Part shown: in pieces, positions 37,983 to 48,610 of the stretch
How the letters are laid out: each line of letters opens with the position of its first letter
Numbering within the stretch: position 1 is the first letter of the stretch
Made by a program: the position numbers and the translations under genes
DNA from: Candidatus Woesearchaeota archaeon
GTDB taxonomy: Archaea; Nanobdellota; Nanobdellia; SCGC-AAA011-G17; JACPIM01
DNA length: 64,000 nucleotides
Direction: 5' to 3'
Assembly: GCA_964513145.1 (NCBI GenBank)
Contig: CAZELK010000003.1
Location: forward strand, 1-64,000
Notes under the pieces: generated by a model
Seen by the model: the letters and a program-made list of their open reading frames with translations, nothing else
Told to the model about the DNA's origin: nothing
Databases searched by the model: none

Positions 37983-39616
37983 CGCTCTAAGATTTTTTTT
38001 GCCTCTTTTAAGGACTTTTCCAAATCTTCTTCTATCCTAGATTTTCTGCCTGGTTCTGCATTAGCTACTGATTTTAATAAATTTATAGGTCCTTTAAATT
38101 CTGTTTTCTCCACTCTTGGCTGCTGATTTTGAATAGAGCCAAAAGTCGGCTTTGATGGCTGCTTTTTTTGCTTAAATTTGGATATAATATTATTACCGAA
38201 TTTTTTATAGAGAAAGAACAATCCAATACCCAATATTATTAAGATCAAAATATACTTGAAAAAACCAGAACTTTTTTCTTCTTTTTTGCATGTGCAATCT
38301 AAGTTACATAGACCAGGACAATTTTTATCGTCACTTCCGTCACATTCTTCATTTTCATCTACAGCATTGTTACCGCAAAGAATAACTTCGTTGCCTGTTT
38401 GCTCTTCTTTACAGTCTAAAGGACAAATTAAACTACTTTCGCTTGAATCACATTTATTATCCCCACAACTACAATCATTCGGGCATTCCAAAGCAGTTTC
38501 GCCAAAATTACAAGTATTATCATTATTACATGCGCTTGGTTCTGTATTTTCTTCTGTTTCAACTTCTGTTTTTTTATTTCCCAGATCAATGCCAGTTTTT
38601 GGATATGCACTATATAATATCAATGAACTTTCCACTATATTTTTATTCCATGTACCTTCTGCATCTTGCTTACCATCTAACCATTTTATTCCTGATTCTA
38701 ATTTACTTTGATCTTCATTTAAAGCCAATAATGCAATAGCAGTATCAAAGACAGAACCAAAACTTCCATCCTGCTTTTGCAAGTTACTTAATTCATTTGC
38801 ATAAGTTTGCTTTTGAGTTATCATATATAAAAAAGCATTTGACTTAACATCTGTTGCTATATAATTTTTCCTTAAATATATTAAATTATCAAATGAATCA
38901 TAATTAAGATTTTTTAATACCCAATTTACAAATAAAGTTTCTTCCAAGTTACTAAAGTGGCCGTTATTTATTTTTATTGTTGCGCTCTGCCCAGAAGTTA
39001 CATCATCATTAAGATAGTAAATGCCCTGATCACTATATAAACTAGAGAATTTTCCATCGAAATTACATTTTATATCAAATATTACTGGCGGGCTGCTTAA
39101 AATATTGTTCTCCAGGCATTTGCCCAAATTAAATAATGTGCTCGGGGCTTGACAAAGACCAGATTTAATAAAACCTTTTTCTACATTAATTACTTTTTTT
39201 ACTTGGTTTTGACTTTTTTTATATTCTATGTCACAGTCACCAGTGCTTTGCGTATCTATTTGCAAAAACCAATCCCCAGTTAAACTTGTTAATTGATGAT
39301 TTTTTAACCATTCCAAACTTGAATCTACATTTTCTCCTGACTTACTTAATGCCAGGGCTGCCAAAGCAGTTTCTTTTCCTTTACAATTCTGACTTGGCCA
39401 GCAGTTATCTTTATTTTTTGCATTTGTCAAATAATCGAAGTATTCTTTACCACCGCTTACTTCATTTAAAGCTAACGCGCCTAAGGCAGCACTAAAAACA
39501 TCAACTGGTTTTTGTTTATCTAACCAGTTGTAAGCTGAACTTAAATTGGCTGCATAAGCATTTACAGAAAAAACTAACAATACAAACACCAATACACCAA
39601 TCTTTTTAATATACAT
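37979..39616 (-). CDS. Surface protein with prenyltransferase/squalene-cyclase-like helical repeats and Cys-rich repeats
   Basis: Signal peptide, QKQDGSFGSVFDTAIALLAL, KWLDGKQDAEGTWN, CxxDCxCGD repeats, C-terminal TM. Confidence 0.7.
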   Translation of the reverse strand: MYIKKIGVLVFVLLVFSVNAYAANLSSAYNWLDKQKPVDVFSAALGALALNEVSGGKEYFDYLTNAKNKDNCWPSQNCKGKETALAALALSKSGENVDSSLEWLKNHQLTSLTGDWFLQIDTQSTGDCDIEYKKSQNQVKKVINVEKGFIKSGLCQAPSTLFNLGKCLENNILSSPPVIFDIKCNFDGKFSSLYSDQGIYYLNDDVTSGQSATIKINNGHFSNLEETLFVNWVLKNLNYDSFDNLIYLRKNYIATDVKSNAFLYMITQKQTYANELSNLQKQDGSFGSVFDTAIALLALNEDQSKLESGIKWLDGKQDAEGTWNKNIVESSLILYSAYPKTGIDLGNKKTEVETEENTEPSACNNDNTCNFGETALECPNDCSCGDNKCDSSESSLICPLDCKEEQTGNEVILCGNNAVDENEECDGSDDKNCPGLCNLDCTCKKEEKSSGFFKYILILIILGIGLFFLYKKFGNNIISKFKQKKQPSKPTFGSIQNQQPRVEKTEFKGPINLLKSVANAEPGRKSRIEEDLEKSLKEAKKILER

Positions 39617-39669
39617 AAATAAACCTCTTTTTATTACTTCTTAAAGGTTGATAATTTAAATACTTTTCT

Positions 39670-39704
39670 TTCGGATTTTTTAAGTTATTTCCGTAATTAT
39701 TTCG
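39670..39704 (+). repeat. Repeat family C phased array
   Basis: ttcgg...ttccg...ttcga then tgaaca, resembling 35637-35686. Confidence 0.35.
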
Positions 39705-39751
39705 AAATATTTTGAACAATTTTTATTAAGGGCAAAGCAACTTGTTTTAAT

Positions 39752-40096
39752 ATGAAATGGCAAGAAAGTTTAACATTATTTTTGGGGATTGGCGGTCTAG
39801 TTCAATTAATAAAGTGGATACTTGATTCATTGAATATTGATTTTAGTACCACAATAAATTTCTTTTTGGCTAGTATTTTCGCTTTACAATTAATTAGTAT
39901 ATTTATTTTAATTAACATTCAAAGAGATCAAAAAATAATGAAAGAATTTTTAAAGTCCATAGGATTTAAAGATGAAGAAGGGGTTATTAATAAGATGTTT
40001 AAAAATAAAAAAGCAGAACTTGACGCCAGGGTACTTTTACTATTTGCGATTTTAGTTATTTTATATTTATTATACAAGGCTTTTATTTCTAATTAA
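39752..40096 (+). CDS. Small membrane protein
   Basis: Two N-terminal TM helices; C-terminal KNKKAELDARVLLLFAILVILYLL. Confidence 0.6.
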   Translation: MKWQESLTLFLGIGGLVQLIKWILDSLNIDFSTTINFFLASIFALQLISIFILINIQRDQKIMKEFLKSIGFKDEEGVINKMFKNKKAELDARVLLLFAILVILYLLYKAFISN

Positions 40097-40675
40097 ATGC
40101 TGCAAAAACTAGTAGCCAAAGGACATAGAAGTATAGTTTATTTATGCCAATATAAAAATAAAAAAGCAATAAAAAAAATTGAAAGAACTGATATTTATGC
40201 TGTTAACAGAATTCAAAATGAAGTTTATTGGTTAAAGAAATTATTAAAATATAAAATAGCACCAAAGCTTTATTTTTATGAAAATAATTATTTTATTTGT
40301 GAGTATATTTTTGGTGAAAATATAATCCCTTATTTAGAAAATACTAAAAACCCCTCAAAAGTTATTAAAGATATTTTAAAACAATGCAGAATTTTAGACA
40401 AATTAAAAATTGAGAAGAAAGAAATGACAAATCCCTACAAACATATTATTGTACAAAAAAATAAACCAATTATGATTGATTTTGAAAGGGCTAGATTCAG
40501 TTTGAAACCTGGAAATGTGACTGCTTTTTTTAGTTTTCTAACTTCTGGAAAAATTACGAAAATATTGGATAAAAAAGGAATAATTTTAGATAGAGAAAAA
40601 TTAAAACCCTTATTACAAAAATATAAGAAAACTTATTCTGAGCATGATTTTGAAGAATTAATAGATTTAATTTAA
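40097..40675 (+). CDS. RIO/Bud32-like Ser/Thr protein kinase
   Basis: AKGHRSIVY, AIKK, APKLY, EYIFG, IMIDFERA. Confidence 0.8.
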   Translation: MLQKLVAKGHRSIVYLCQYKNKKAIKKIERTDIYAVNRIQNEVYWLKKLLKYKIAPKLYFYENNYFICEYIFGENIIPYLENTKNPSKVIKDILKQCRILDKLKIEKKEMTNPYKHIIVQKNKPIMIDFERARFSLKPGNVTAFFSFLTSGKITKILDKKGIILDREKLKPLLQKYKKTYSEHDFEELIDLI

Positions 40676-40948
40676 AAATTCTTTAATGATTTTTTTTGTG
40701 TCTTCTATGGATACTTTTTTAAAAATATAACCTTCTGGATAAACTGCTATTGTAGGGCCTTCATTGCAGTGACCAAGACATTTTGTTTTAGTTATATTAT
40801 AAATCCCAATTAAACCATTTTGGTTAATGTGCTCTCTTAATATTTTTAATATCTGTTCAGAGTTCTTTTTAGCACAACATTCGCCCTGCTCTTTATCATT
40901 TATGCATACAAATATGTGTTTTTTATATTTTGCATTAACTAATTCCAT
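40667..40948 (-). CDS. Thioredoxin-like [2Fe-2S] ferredoxin
   Basis: HIFVCIN, CCAKK, TKCLGHCNEGPTIAVYP. Confidence 0.88.
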   Translation of the reverse strand: MELVNAKYKKHIFVCINDKEQGECCAKKNSEQILKILREHINQNGLIGIYNITKTKCLGHCNEGPTIAVYPEGYIFKKVSIEDTKKIIKEFLN

Positions 40949-40999
40949 TTCAAGGTCTAATTTGAAAATCTTTTTAAGTTTATTTATTTCTCTTTTCTT

Positions 41000-41752
41000 A
41001 TGATTAAAATCGGGATTATAGGCGGGTCTGGATTAGATGACCCTGATATTTTAGAAGATAAACAGGAAAAAGAAATAATTACCCAGTTTGGCAAGCCTAG
41101 TTCTAACTTAACTATTGGCAGAATAAAAGGAGTTGATGTAATTATTTTGGCAAGACATGGAAAAAAACATACTATTACTCCAACTAAAGTAAATTATAGG
41201 GCCAATATCCAGGCTTTTAAACAAGAGGGCTGTACACATATTTTAGCAACTACTGCAGTCGGGTCTTTAAAAGAAGAAATAAAAAGGGGGGATTTAATAA
41301 TTATAGACCAGTTTATAGATTTTACAAGACATAGAGACATAACTTTCCATGATTCTTTTGAAAATGGACCAGTGCACACATCAATGGCAGAACCTTTTGA
41401 TAAAAATTTAAGAAACAAACTTATTGAAACTTCCAGGGAATTAGATTTTAGAGTTCATGAAAAAGGAACAGTTATTACAATTGAAGGCCCAAGATTTAGC
41501 ACTAAAGCAGAATCGAAAATGTTTAGATTATGGGGTGCAGATATAATCAATATGTCAATTGCTCCTGAAGCTACTTTAGCAAATGAAGCTGGAATTCCCT
41601 ATGCTGCTATTGCCATGAGCACTGATTATGACTGCTTATTTGATGATCTTCCACCAGTGACTTGGGAAGAAGTTTTAAAAGTATTTCATGAAAATGCGAA
41701 AAAAGTTACAACTTTGCTTATTAAAACAATTCCAAAGATTACTTCTTTATGA
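41000..41752 (+). CDS. mtnP: 5'-methylthioadenosine phosphorylase
   Basis: [37 protein letters not shown]. Confidence 0.93.
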   Translation: MIKIGIIGGSGLDDPDILEDKQEKEIITQFGKPSSNLTIGRIKGVDVIILARHGKKHTITPTKVNYRANIQAFKQEGCTHILATTAVGSLKEEIKRGDLIIIDQFIDFTRHRDITFHDSFENGPVHTSMAEPFDKNLRNKLIETSRELDFRVHEKGTVITIEGPRFSTKAESKMFRLWGADIINMSIAPEATLANEAGIPYAAIAMSTDYDCLFDDLPPVTWEEVLKVFHENAKKVTTLLIKTIPKITSL

Positions 41753-43075
41753 TTTTTTCTTTTTAGTTTTATTTTCTTCCGAGATTCTTATTTTTTTCAT
41801 AACTTGCTGAACTGGATTTTTTATATTATTGCACCAGAAATCTGGCTTGCATACTAGCATTCCTTTATAGTAACTTGGATTGTCACAATTTGGGGGGAGA
41901 ATATCCTGTTTTTGTCTTTTATGCCAACTTATTTGAGATATTATGTAGCCGTCTCTTAATTGTTCATAATTTAATTTGTTCCATTCTAATAATCTTGCCT
42001 GTATCTGATCCAATGACCAGCCCATTTTTTTCAAAAAATTAATTAAAATAAAAATAGTTCTTTTTCTTCCATCATGCTGCATTCCTTTAAGCAATAACTG
42101 CATACAAGGCGGAAATAAGTCTTCTTTTATAGCTATTTTTGGGAGCTCATATTCTTTTTTTTCTTTGGAAATTATTTTTTCGTTTTGATTTTTTATTTCA
42201 TTTCTTACCAAGTTTCTTGAATGCCAATCAAAGGCCTGAATCAATAATTCTGAAGCGTCATTACCTTTACCTTTATATTCTAAAAATGAGCCAGTTACTT
42301 CAGTCTTATCTGGTGTTGCATTTTCCCTTTTAAAATTTAATATATTGCTTAATTCTATTGGTATACTTACCAGACCGCTTTTTTCGTTTAAACTGTATAT
42401 TGACCTGAACATATGACGGCTTGAGATTAAAACACTGTCAATGTCGATGACTGTAAACGGATTAAAAGAATTATTTTCCAAAAAATTATTGCTTTCTTTA
42501 TTTAATATTTTGCTTAAATCTTCAATATTATAATTATCTAAAATTTTTGCTTTTAAGTGGTCTTTAATGAAATTTTTTATATAGGAATTGACAACTCTTA
42601 TTCCTTCTGGAAATAATAACTTAACTTCCTTATTGTTTATGTGGGAAGGAAAACTTTCAAATGGTATTCCTATATGAAGGCCGCTGTTCCCACTAAATTT
42701 TGCAGAAATATTTTTTACATTATGAAATTTTAAACATTCAACAACTAAATTTGCGCATAATTTTGCGACTTCAAAAATCTTTGTATCCAAATCTATTACT
42801 ATATCAAAACCAATTCTTAATTCGTCCAGCTCTTTTTGATTCATGCCTGTTTTTAATTTTAAAGGATCTCTGAAACGCTCCAAAGAAACATGGAAAGAAG
42901 TTGCGCCTTGTTTTGCAAGTTCCAATATGTCATTTTCATATTCTAAAATATCCGGTCTTTTACCAAAACCTTTTTCACCAAATTTAACTGCGAATTCCCT
43001 GTTTTTTGCTAGCTTTACTATCTCTTTTTGAATACTTTTTTTACTATAGAACTTTAATATATTTGTATCTATCAT
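41747..43075 (-). CDS. Fused PriS-PriL DNA primase (DPANN type)
   Basis: [25 protein letters not shown] (PriS) then FPPCM, DGRKR, PPNC..Y..C.PD.WC (PriL Fe-S) in one ORF. Confidence 0.9.
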   Translation of the reverse strand: MIDTNILKFYSKKSIQKEIVKLAKNREFAVKFGEKGFGKRPDILEYENDILELAKQGATSFHVSLERFRDPLKLKTGMNQKELDELRIGFDIVIDLDTKIFEVAKLCANLVVECLKFHNVKNISAKFSGNSGLHIGIPFESFPSHINNKEVKLLFPEGIRVVNSYIKNFIKDHLKAKILDNYNIEDLSKILNKESNNFLENNSFNPFTVIDIDSVLISSRHMFRSIYSLNEKSGLVSIPIELSNILNFKRENATPDKTEVTGSFLEYKGKGNDASELLIQAFDWHSRNLVRNEIKNQNEKIISKEKKEYELPKIAIKEDLFPPCMQLLLKGMQHDGRKRTIFILINFLKKMGWSLDQIQARLLEWNKLNYEQLRDGYIISQISWHKRQKQDILPPNCDNPSYYKGMLVCKPDFWCNNIKNPVQQVMKKIRISEENKTKKKKS

Positions 43076-43130
43076 GTTCCCCAGTTTTTTAAATGATTAT
43101 CTTAATAAATATATACTCCTTTATAGAATT

Positions 43131-43529
43131 ATGGAAACTAAAGACTTAAAACAAACAATCATTTTTAGAGCAAGCCCACATGACGTTTATGAGTCTTTGA
43201 TGGATTCTGTAAAACACTCTAAATTTACAAATAGCAAGGCAGTTATCAGCAGGGAAATCAATGGGAAATTTACTGCATATGATGGATATATTAAAGGAAC
43301 TAATCTAGAATTAATTCGGGATAAAAAAATAGTACAAGAATGGCAAGGAACTGGGGAAGGATGGTCCAAAGATTATTTTTCAAAAGTAACATTTTTACTC
43401 TCTAAAGATAAAGAGGGCACTAAACTAATATTTATTCATGAAGGAATACCTGAAGAATGGTACGAAGACATTAAAGCGGGGTGGCATGAGCATTATTGGG
43501 AACCAATGAAAAAAATGCTTGAAAAGTAA
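43131..43529 (+). CDS. AHSA1/SRPBCC-domain protein
   Basis: ASPHDVYESLMD, KIVQEW, GWHEHYWEPMK; ATG 43131 preferred. Confidence 0.85.
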   Translation: METKDLKQTIIFRASPHDVYESLMDSVKHSKFTNSKAVISREINGKFTAYDGYIKGTNLELIRDKKIVQEWQGTGEGWSKDYFSKVTFLLSKDKEGTKLIFIHEGIPEEWYEDIKAGWHEHYWEPMKKMLEK

Positions 43530-43897
43530 TGGCAAAAATAGCAAATTTAGATGAGAAATATTTACTTTTAAGAAAATTTGTTTATGATATAGAACTAAGG
43601 GCTGATTATTTTATTGAGCAGATCAAAAATTATGGACATAATGAACTCAAAAAAAGAAAACTTCTTTTTAAGGAAATCTCTATTTTCTCACATGCGCTTT
43701 TATTAGCTACTGAGAGAAATAGCGAAGAATTTCCTGAATATAATAGTAATTTTAAAAAAATTAATACTTTTTGTGAAAATATTTCTAAGTTAGCTAACAA
43801 TGCCCTATCTTCAGGCAGACTTACTCATGAAGTTTTAGAACAAATTAATGGCCAATTATTTTTTATAAAACAAGAATTAAAGAAGATTGATACTTAA
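43529..43897 (+). CDS. Hypothetical helical protein
   Basis: 122-aa ORF coupled to the previous stop; no motif. Confidence 0.55.
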   Translation: MAKIANLDEKYLLLRKFVYDIELRADYFIEQIKNYGHNELKKRKLLFKEISIFSHALLLATERNSEEFPEYNSNFKKINTFCENISKLANNALSSGRLTHEVLEQINGQLFFIKQELKKIDT

Positions 43898-44964
43898 TAA
43901 TTTTTTAAAATGGCTTTATTTATTTGTGCTTCTTTAATATTTTTTATTCTCTTTTGAAAATCTGAAATAAATTTTATTAGTTCATCAGAAAGCATTTTTT
44001 TTACTTCTCCAGAAAGAACTTTGCCTTTTTTATAATTCTCAAATAATTCTTCAGATTTTTTTTTATTAAAGAAAAATTTAGAAAGATACTGACAAGCAAT
44101 ATCAACTTCTGGATTACCACCTAATTTTTTGTGTTCTTCAATTGTTTTTTGACCACCACTGAAGGCATTATTAATTTTTTTTGCTATTGTTTTTGGATCA
44201 TCTTTTAAAAATATCCCGTTATTTTTCGATTTAGACATTTTTTCTCCATCGATACCTGGCAAAAATGTAGTATGCAGAACTGACGGCTTTTCATAACCCA
44301 TTAATGGAGCTACGTCACGGCAAATTCGGATGTGACTATCTTCATCTGGACCAATTATAACAAGAATATTTTTAATTTTTAATTTTTCTTGTGGAAATAG
44401 GATATGCGCAGACTGGACTGATGGATAGAAATAAAGCCCAATATTATCTTCATTTTTATAACCATATGTAGCTTTAACTTCTGACAGATTGATTTTTTTT
44501 GATAATTTTATTGCTAAATTATAAATATTTGTATATATCTGATCAATTATAAAAAATGTATTCTTAGGATCAAAGCCATAAGCTAATAACTCTTTTGCCA
44601 AGGTCAAAGAATTCTTTAAAGCCTCTTCCTGGTTTTTTACTTTTCCAGCAACGTAACTCTCATCATCTGAAATTGGAATAAAAACCGGAATGCCAAATTT
44701 TTTTTGAAAATATAAATTTGTATCAAAAACTACTTTATGCCCCAAATGAATTGTACCAGAGGCATTAAATCCAGAAACAATAGCACATTTTTCGTTTCTT
44801 TTTAATGCACTTAAAAATTTATCAAAATCTCTGTGTGAATATATTAACTTATTTTTAAATGTATAAAAATCAGGAATTTCTTTTAACTCAGAAATGAGCC
44901 TAGCACCAAATTCTTTTACGAGTTTTTCATTATCCAATAATAGATTTTCTGCATTTTTTCCCAT
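43894..44964 (-). CDS. trpS: Tryptophanyl-tRNA synthetase (archaeal type)
   Basis: SGFNASGTIHLGH, YPSVQSA, GPDEDSHIR, KMSKS, FSGGQ. Confidence 0.92.
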   Translation of the reverse strand: MGKNAENLLLDNEKLVKEFGARLISELKEIPDFYTFKNKLIYSHRDFDKFLSALKRNEKCAIVSGFNASGTIHLGHKVVFDTNLYFQKKFGIPVFIPISDDESYVAGKVKNQEEALKNSLTLAKELLAYGFDPKNTFFIIDQIYTNIYNLAIKLSKKINLSEVKATYGYKNEDNIGLYFYPSVQSAHILFPQEKLKIKNILVIIGPDEDSHIRICRDVAPLMGYEKPSVLHTTFLPGIDGEKMSKSKNNGIFLKDDPKTIAKKINNAFSGGQKTIEEHKKLGGNPEVDIACQYLSKFFFNKKKSEELFENYKKGKVLSGEVKKMLSDELIKFISDFQKRIKNIKEAQINKAILKNY

Positions 44965-45135
44965 AAAATTAAGAAAACTCTATTAATATTTAAATAGTAT
45001 GTTTTTTATTAAATAAAAAAGAAAATTATTACACTCAGCAGAGCAAGAAAGAAGAATAGCAAAGCTTCTTTTTTTGAAGACATAAATATTATAATTATTT
45101 CAAGTATTAAAATCCAATTTTGTGCGCTTATTAAT

Positions 45136-45309
45136 TCAGACATATTTTGCTCCAGTGATTAAACCAAAACCTATTATCGCCAATACTCCCCCCAGAATTT
45201 CAACAAGAGGATTGTTAGCTAATTTTACTATTATGATAGCAACCACTATTAAAGCTACACCAGATATATTAAATGCTAAACTTACTTTTGGTTTTGCTTT
45301 TTTCTCCAT
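45136..45309 (-). CDS. Small two-TM protein (missed by ORF track)
   Basis: Own translation, 57 aa: MEKKAKPKVSLAFNISGVALIVVAIIIVKLANNPLVEILGGVLAIIGFGLITGAKYV. Confidence 0.55.
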   Translation of the reverse strand: MEKKAKPKVSLAFNISGVALIVVAIIIVKLANNPLVEILGGVLAIIGFGLITGAKYV

Positions 45310-45361
45310 TTTTATTAATAAAACTTTTTAAATATTTGAAGGTCTGTTGGAAGTTCAAATA

Positions 45362-45640
45362 TTACTTATTTAAATTGTAAATATAATTAAAAAAATCCAA
45401 TGCTTTTAAAGCTTGAATCTGTTTTTTATTTCCGACTTCTAATTGTTGCCCAGCTATTTCCAAACATTTTTCTAAATCCCAAAATCTTCCACTATAATCT
45501 TTGACTATTCTTGGCTTTTGAGACCAATGCTCGTAATAAGTTTCGTCTGTCCAACTTTGCATAAATTTACCTTTCAATTCCTTGAGTTCTTCTGAAGAAA
45601 ATTTATAAAATGGGAAATTTACTTTATTCATTTCAACCAA
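45362..45640 (-). CDS. Hypothetical protein
   Basis: 92-aa ORF overlapping the oxidoreductase stop. Confidence 0.5.
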   Translation of the reverse strand: MVEMNKVNFPFYKFSSEELKELKGKFMQSWTDETYYEHWSQKPRIVKDYSGRFWDLEKCLEIAGQQLEVGNKKQIQALKALDFFNYIYNLNK

Positions 45641-46343
45641 ATCTTTCCAATTTAATTTTTTCTTCCTTTACATTAATACTTTTTAGGAGTTTATTTGTAT
45701 CTTCTACCATAGTTGTAGGACCACAGATAAAATAATAAGGTTCTTGTATATTATTTACAATATTTCTTATCATTTTTTCATCTATTCTTCCTGTTAAACC
45801 AGACCATTTTTCCCCATTTGGCCTTGTTATAGTAAGGTGAATGTTTATATTTTTTGGATAATTATTTGACATTAGTTCTTTTTTGAAAGTAATATCTTCT
45901 ATAGTTTTTGATGAGTAGATTAAAGTTGCTTTATTATCTTTTAAATTTTTGTCTTTAATATATCTTAACATGCATGCCAATGGTGTAATGCCGACGCCAC
46001 CAGCTAGTAAGACTATATTTTTTTGTGCGTTTTCATCAAAAACAAAGTGACCATAAGGACCAGCAATATCCATTTCTTCGCCTAACTTCATATTGAAAAG
46101 ACGTTTTGAAACTAATCCTTTTTCAGGATATATTTTAACTGTTAAGTCCAAATAATCTTTTGTTAATGGGGAAGAAGATATTGAATAGGCTCTTTTTACG
46201 AATTTTTTTACTCCATCTATAACTATGTCAGCATTTACCATTACAAACTGGCCTGGCTTAAAATTGAACTCCCTATCTAAAGCAAACCTTATTGTTCTAG
46301 TATCTGGTGTTTCATCCCAAACATCAATAACTTTCATTATCAT
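45633..46343 (-). CDS. FAD/NAD(P)-binding oxidoreductase (FNR family)
   Basis: FKPGQF, RAYSISS, GPYG, AGGVGITP, YFICGP. Confidence 0.9.
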   Translation of the reverse strand: MIMKVIDVWDETPDTRTIRFALDREFNFKPGQFVMVNADIVIDGVKKFVKRAYSISSSPLTKDYLDLTVKIYPEKGLVSKRLFNMKLGEEMDIAGPYGHFVFDENAQKNIVLLAGGVGITPLACMLRYIKDKNLKDNKATLIYSSKTIEDITFKKELMSNNYPKNINIHLTITRPNGEKWSGLTGRIDEKMIRNIVNNIQEPYYFICGPTTMVEDTNKLLKSINVKEEKIKLERFG

Positions 46344-46346
46344 CGT

Positions 46347-46410
46347 AACCTTTTAATAAAAGCTTAACCAAAAGCTTTTTGTAACCTTTTAGCGAAAAGC
46401 TTAAGCAAAA
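46347..46410 (+). repeat. Repeat family B, two tandem copies
   Basis: aaccttttaataaaagcttaaccaaaa (46347) and aaccttttagcgaaaagcttaagcaaaa (46383). Confidence 0.65.
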
Positions 46411-46488
46411 AAAGCAAAGTTTAAACTAACGCTTTCTTGTAGAAAATAACTAAAAAACTATATATATTTAAAATTTACCTTTGTATTT

Positions 46489-47334
46489 ATGCTTAGCCAA
46501 ATACTTGGGAATTTAGATAAAAAACCAATAGATGCTGCTTTGGACAAGGTTAAAAAGCTTGTCAGAATACCTTCTAACTTAACTATATATTTTTTAGAGA
46601 AGATTGACTTTTGTTACTCTATTAAATTACCCAAAAATATCCAAGACAAGTTTAAAGTATCATGTGAACATAAAATTTCTTTTTCTTTTAAATTTAAAAA
46701 AAGGAAAATTATTGTCATATATCTAGAGAAGGACCTTTTGCAAAATCTGGATGCCTTAATCGGATTATTGCTTCATGAAATAACTCATATAAACCATATT
46801 GACAAAAGAGTTTATAGTTCAATTTATTCGAGCTACAATATTGGTTACAATAAAAATCTTAATTTGTTTAAATCATTGTCTTATGATAAAAATAAAATAT
46901 TAAAATTATTTCATGATATTTCCCTGATAACTATTTTAACATTAAAAGATATTTATACTAATAATGAATTGATTGACAAAAATCTTACAAATTATTTAAT
47001 TGCCTATTACAAAATTGAATTTAACAGGAAAATCTGCCCAAAACCAATATTTTATAAAAATATCAAATCATTAGCAAAAAAAGATCTTAATATCATAAAA
47101 AATGTTTTTGAATTTGAATTAGCTTTGCTTTCAGTTATATTACCATTATATGAAACCAAGAAAGCAAACTATTTAGTTAAATTCATAGAAACTTGCTATG
47201 AAATAAATATTCAAGAAATATCTCAGAAATGCCACGAATTAATAAGGCTGTATTTTGCTGAATTTAAGAAAAAAGAATTTAATCAAGATTTCATTAACCT
47301 GGTTTTTTTGAAGGTTTATAATCTGCTTAAGTAA
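46489..47334 (+). CDS. Hypothetical protein with HEXXH motif
   Basis: LLHEITH metallopeptidase-like motif. Confidence 0.55.
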   Translation: MLSQILGNLDKKPIDAALDKVKKLVRIPSNLTIYFLEKIDFCYSIKLPKNIQDKFKVSCEHKISFSFKFKKRKIIVIYLEKDLLQNLDALIGLLLHEITHINHIDKRVYSSIYSSYNIGYNKNLNLFKSLSYDKNKILKLFHDISLITILTLKDIYTNNELIDKNLTNYLIAYYKIEFNRKICPKPIFYKNIKSLAKKDLNIIKNVFEFELALLSVILPLYETKKANYLVKFIETCYEINIQEISQKCHELIRLYFAEFKKKEFNQDFINLVFLKVYNLLK

Positions 47335-47365
47335 ATTTTATATACCTTCTTTTAAAGTTAATTTT

Positions 47366-48559
47366 ATGTTAATAGGTTTTGTTGGCAAGCCCAGCACAGG
47401 AAAATCAACATTTTTTAAGGCAACAACGTTGGCTGAAGTAGCTATAGCTTCCCACCCATTTACTACTATAAAACCAAATCATGCTGTCGGATATGTAAAA
47501 CTTAAATGTGTAGATGTTGAATTTAATGTTAAATGCACACCAAGGTTTGGGTATTGCATTAATGGAAACAGGTTTGTACCAATAGATCTAATAGATGTTG
47601 CTGGATTAATTGAGGGAAGTTATGAAGGCAAGGGTCTTGGAAGCCAATTTCTTTCTGATTTAAACCAAGCTGATGCTTTGGTTCATATTATTGATATATC
47701 TGGGAGCACAAATGAAAAAGGTGAATCAGTAAAACCATTAAGCCATGACCCACGAAAAGACATAAAATTTTTAGAAAATGAACTAGATATGTGGTATTTA
47801 GGGATAATGAAAAAAGGCTGGGATAAATTCGCGAGAACAGTCCAGCAAGAAAACCAGAACATAAAAAAGGCTTTAGCAAAACAATTATCAGGATTAAAAG
47901 TTACTGAAGAAATTGTTGAAAATGTTATTAAAAAATTAAATTTAAGTCATCATCCTTTAGAATGGTCTGAAACAGACTTGAAAAGTTTAGCATCAGAATT
48001 AAGAAAGTTAACTAAACCAATGATTATAGCTGCGAACAAAATTGATATTGAAGGATCAAAATATAATTTGGATAAAATGATTGAACAGTTTCCTGAATAC
48101 AAAATCTTCCCATGCTCAGCAGATTCTGAATTGGCTTTAAGAGAAGCAGCCAAACATAATTTGATAGAGTATATTCCTGGTGAAAACAATTTTAATATTA
48201 TTTCTGGCAAATTAACTGATACTCAAAAGAAAGCGCTAGAATTTATAAAAATTAATGTTTTAGATATTTATGGATCTACAGGGGTACAGAATATTTTGGA
48301 TTATATAGTTTTTAACTTGCTTAAATATATTGGTGTTTTCCCTGGGGGGGCTAATAATCTAAAGGACAGCCAAGGGAGAATAATTCCTGATTGTTATTTA
48401 TTGCCTGAAAATTCAACAGCTTTGGATTTTGCATTTAGACTACATACTGATTTAGGAAATAATTTTATCAAGGCTATAGATGTAAAAACAAAAAGAGTTA
48501 TTGGAAAAGAGTACAAATTAAAACACAGAGACAGCATCGAGATAGTGACTAGGAAATAA
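47366..48559 (+). CDS. ychF: YchF/Obg-family translation-associated GTPase/ATPase with TGS domain
   Basis: GKPSTGKST, PFTTIKPN, DVAGL, NKID, AFRLHTD. Confidence 0.92.
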   Translation: MLIGFVGKPSTGKSTFFKATTLAEVAIASHPFTTIKPNHAVGYVKLKCVDVEFNVKCTPRFGYCINGNRFVPIDLIDVAGLIEGSYEGKGLGSQFLSDLNQADALVHIIDISGSTNEKGESVKPLSHDPRKDIKFLENELDMWYLGIMKKGWDKFARTVQQENQNIKKALAKQLSGLKVTEEIVENVIKKLNLSHHPLEWSETDLKSLASELRKLTKPMIIAANKIDIEGSKYNLDKMIEQFPEYKIFPCSADSELALREAAKHNLIEYIPGENNFNIISGKLTDTQKKALEFIKINVLDIYGSTGVQNILDYIVFNLLKYIGVFPGGANNLKDSQGRIIPDCYLLPENSTALDFAFRLHTDLGNNFIKAIDVKTKRVIGKEYKLKHRDSIEIVTRK

Positions 48560-48610
48560 ATTGCGTTAAAAATAGAAATATTTATATATTCTGTAACCTT
48601 AAATAAGGTT

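Noticed and set aside
46345-46410. Mini-CRISPR array
   Set aside because: Only two imperfect units with no spacer-length unique sequence and no cas genes; belongs to repeat family B
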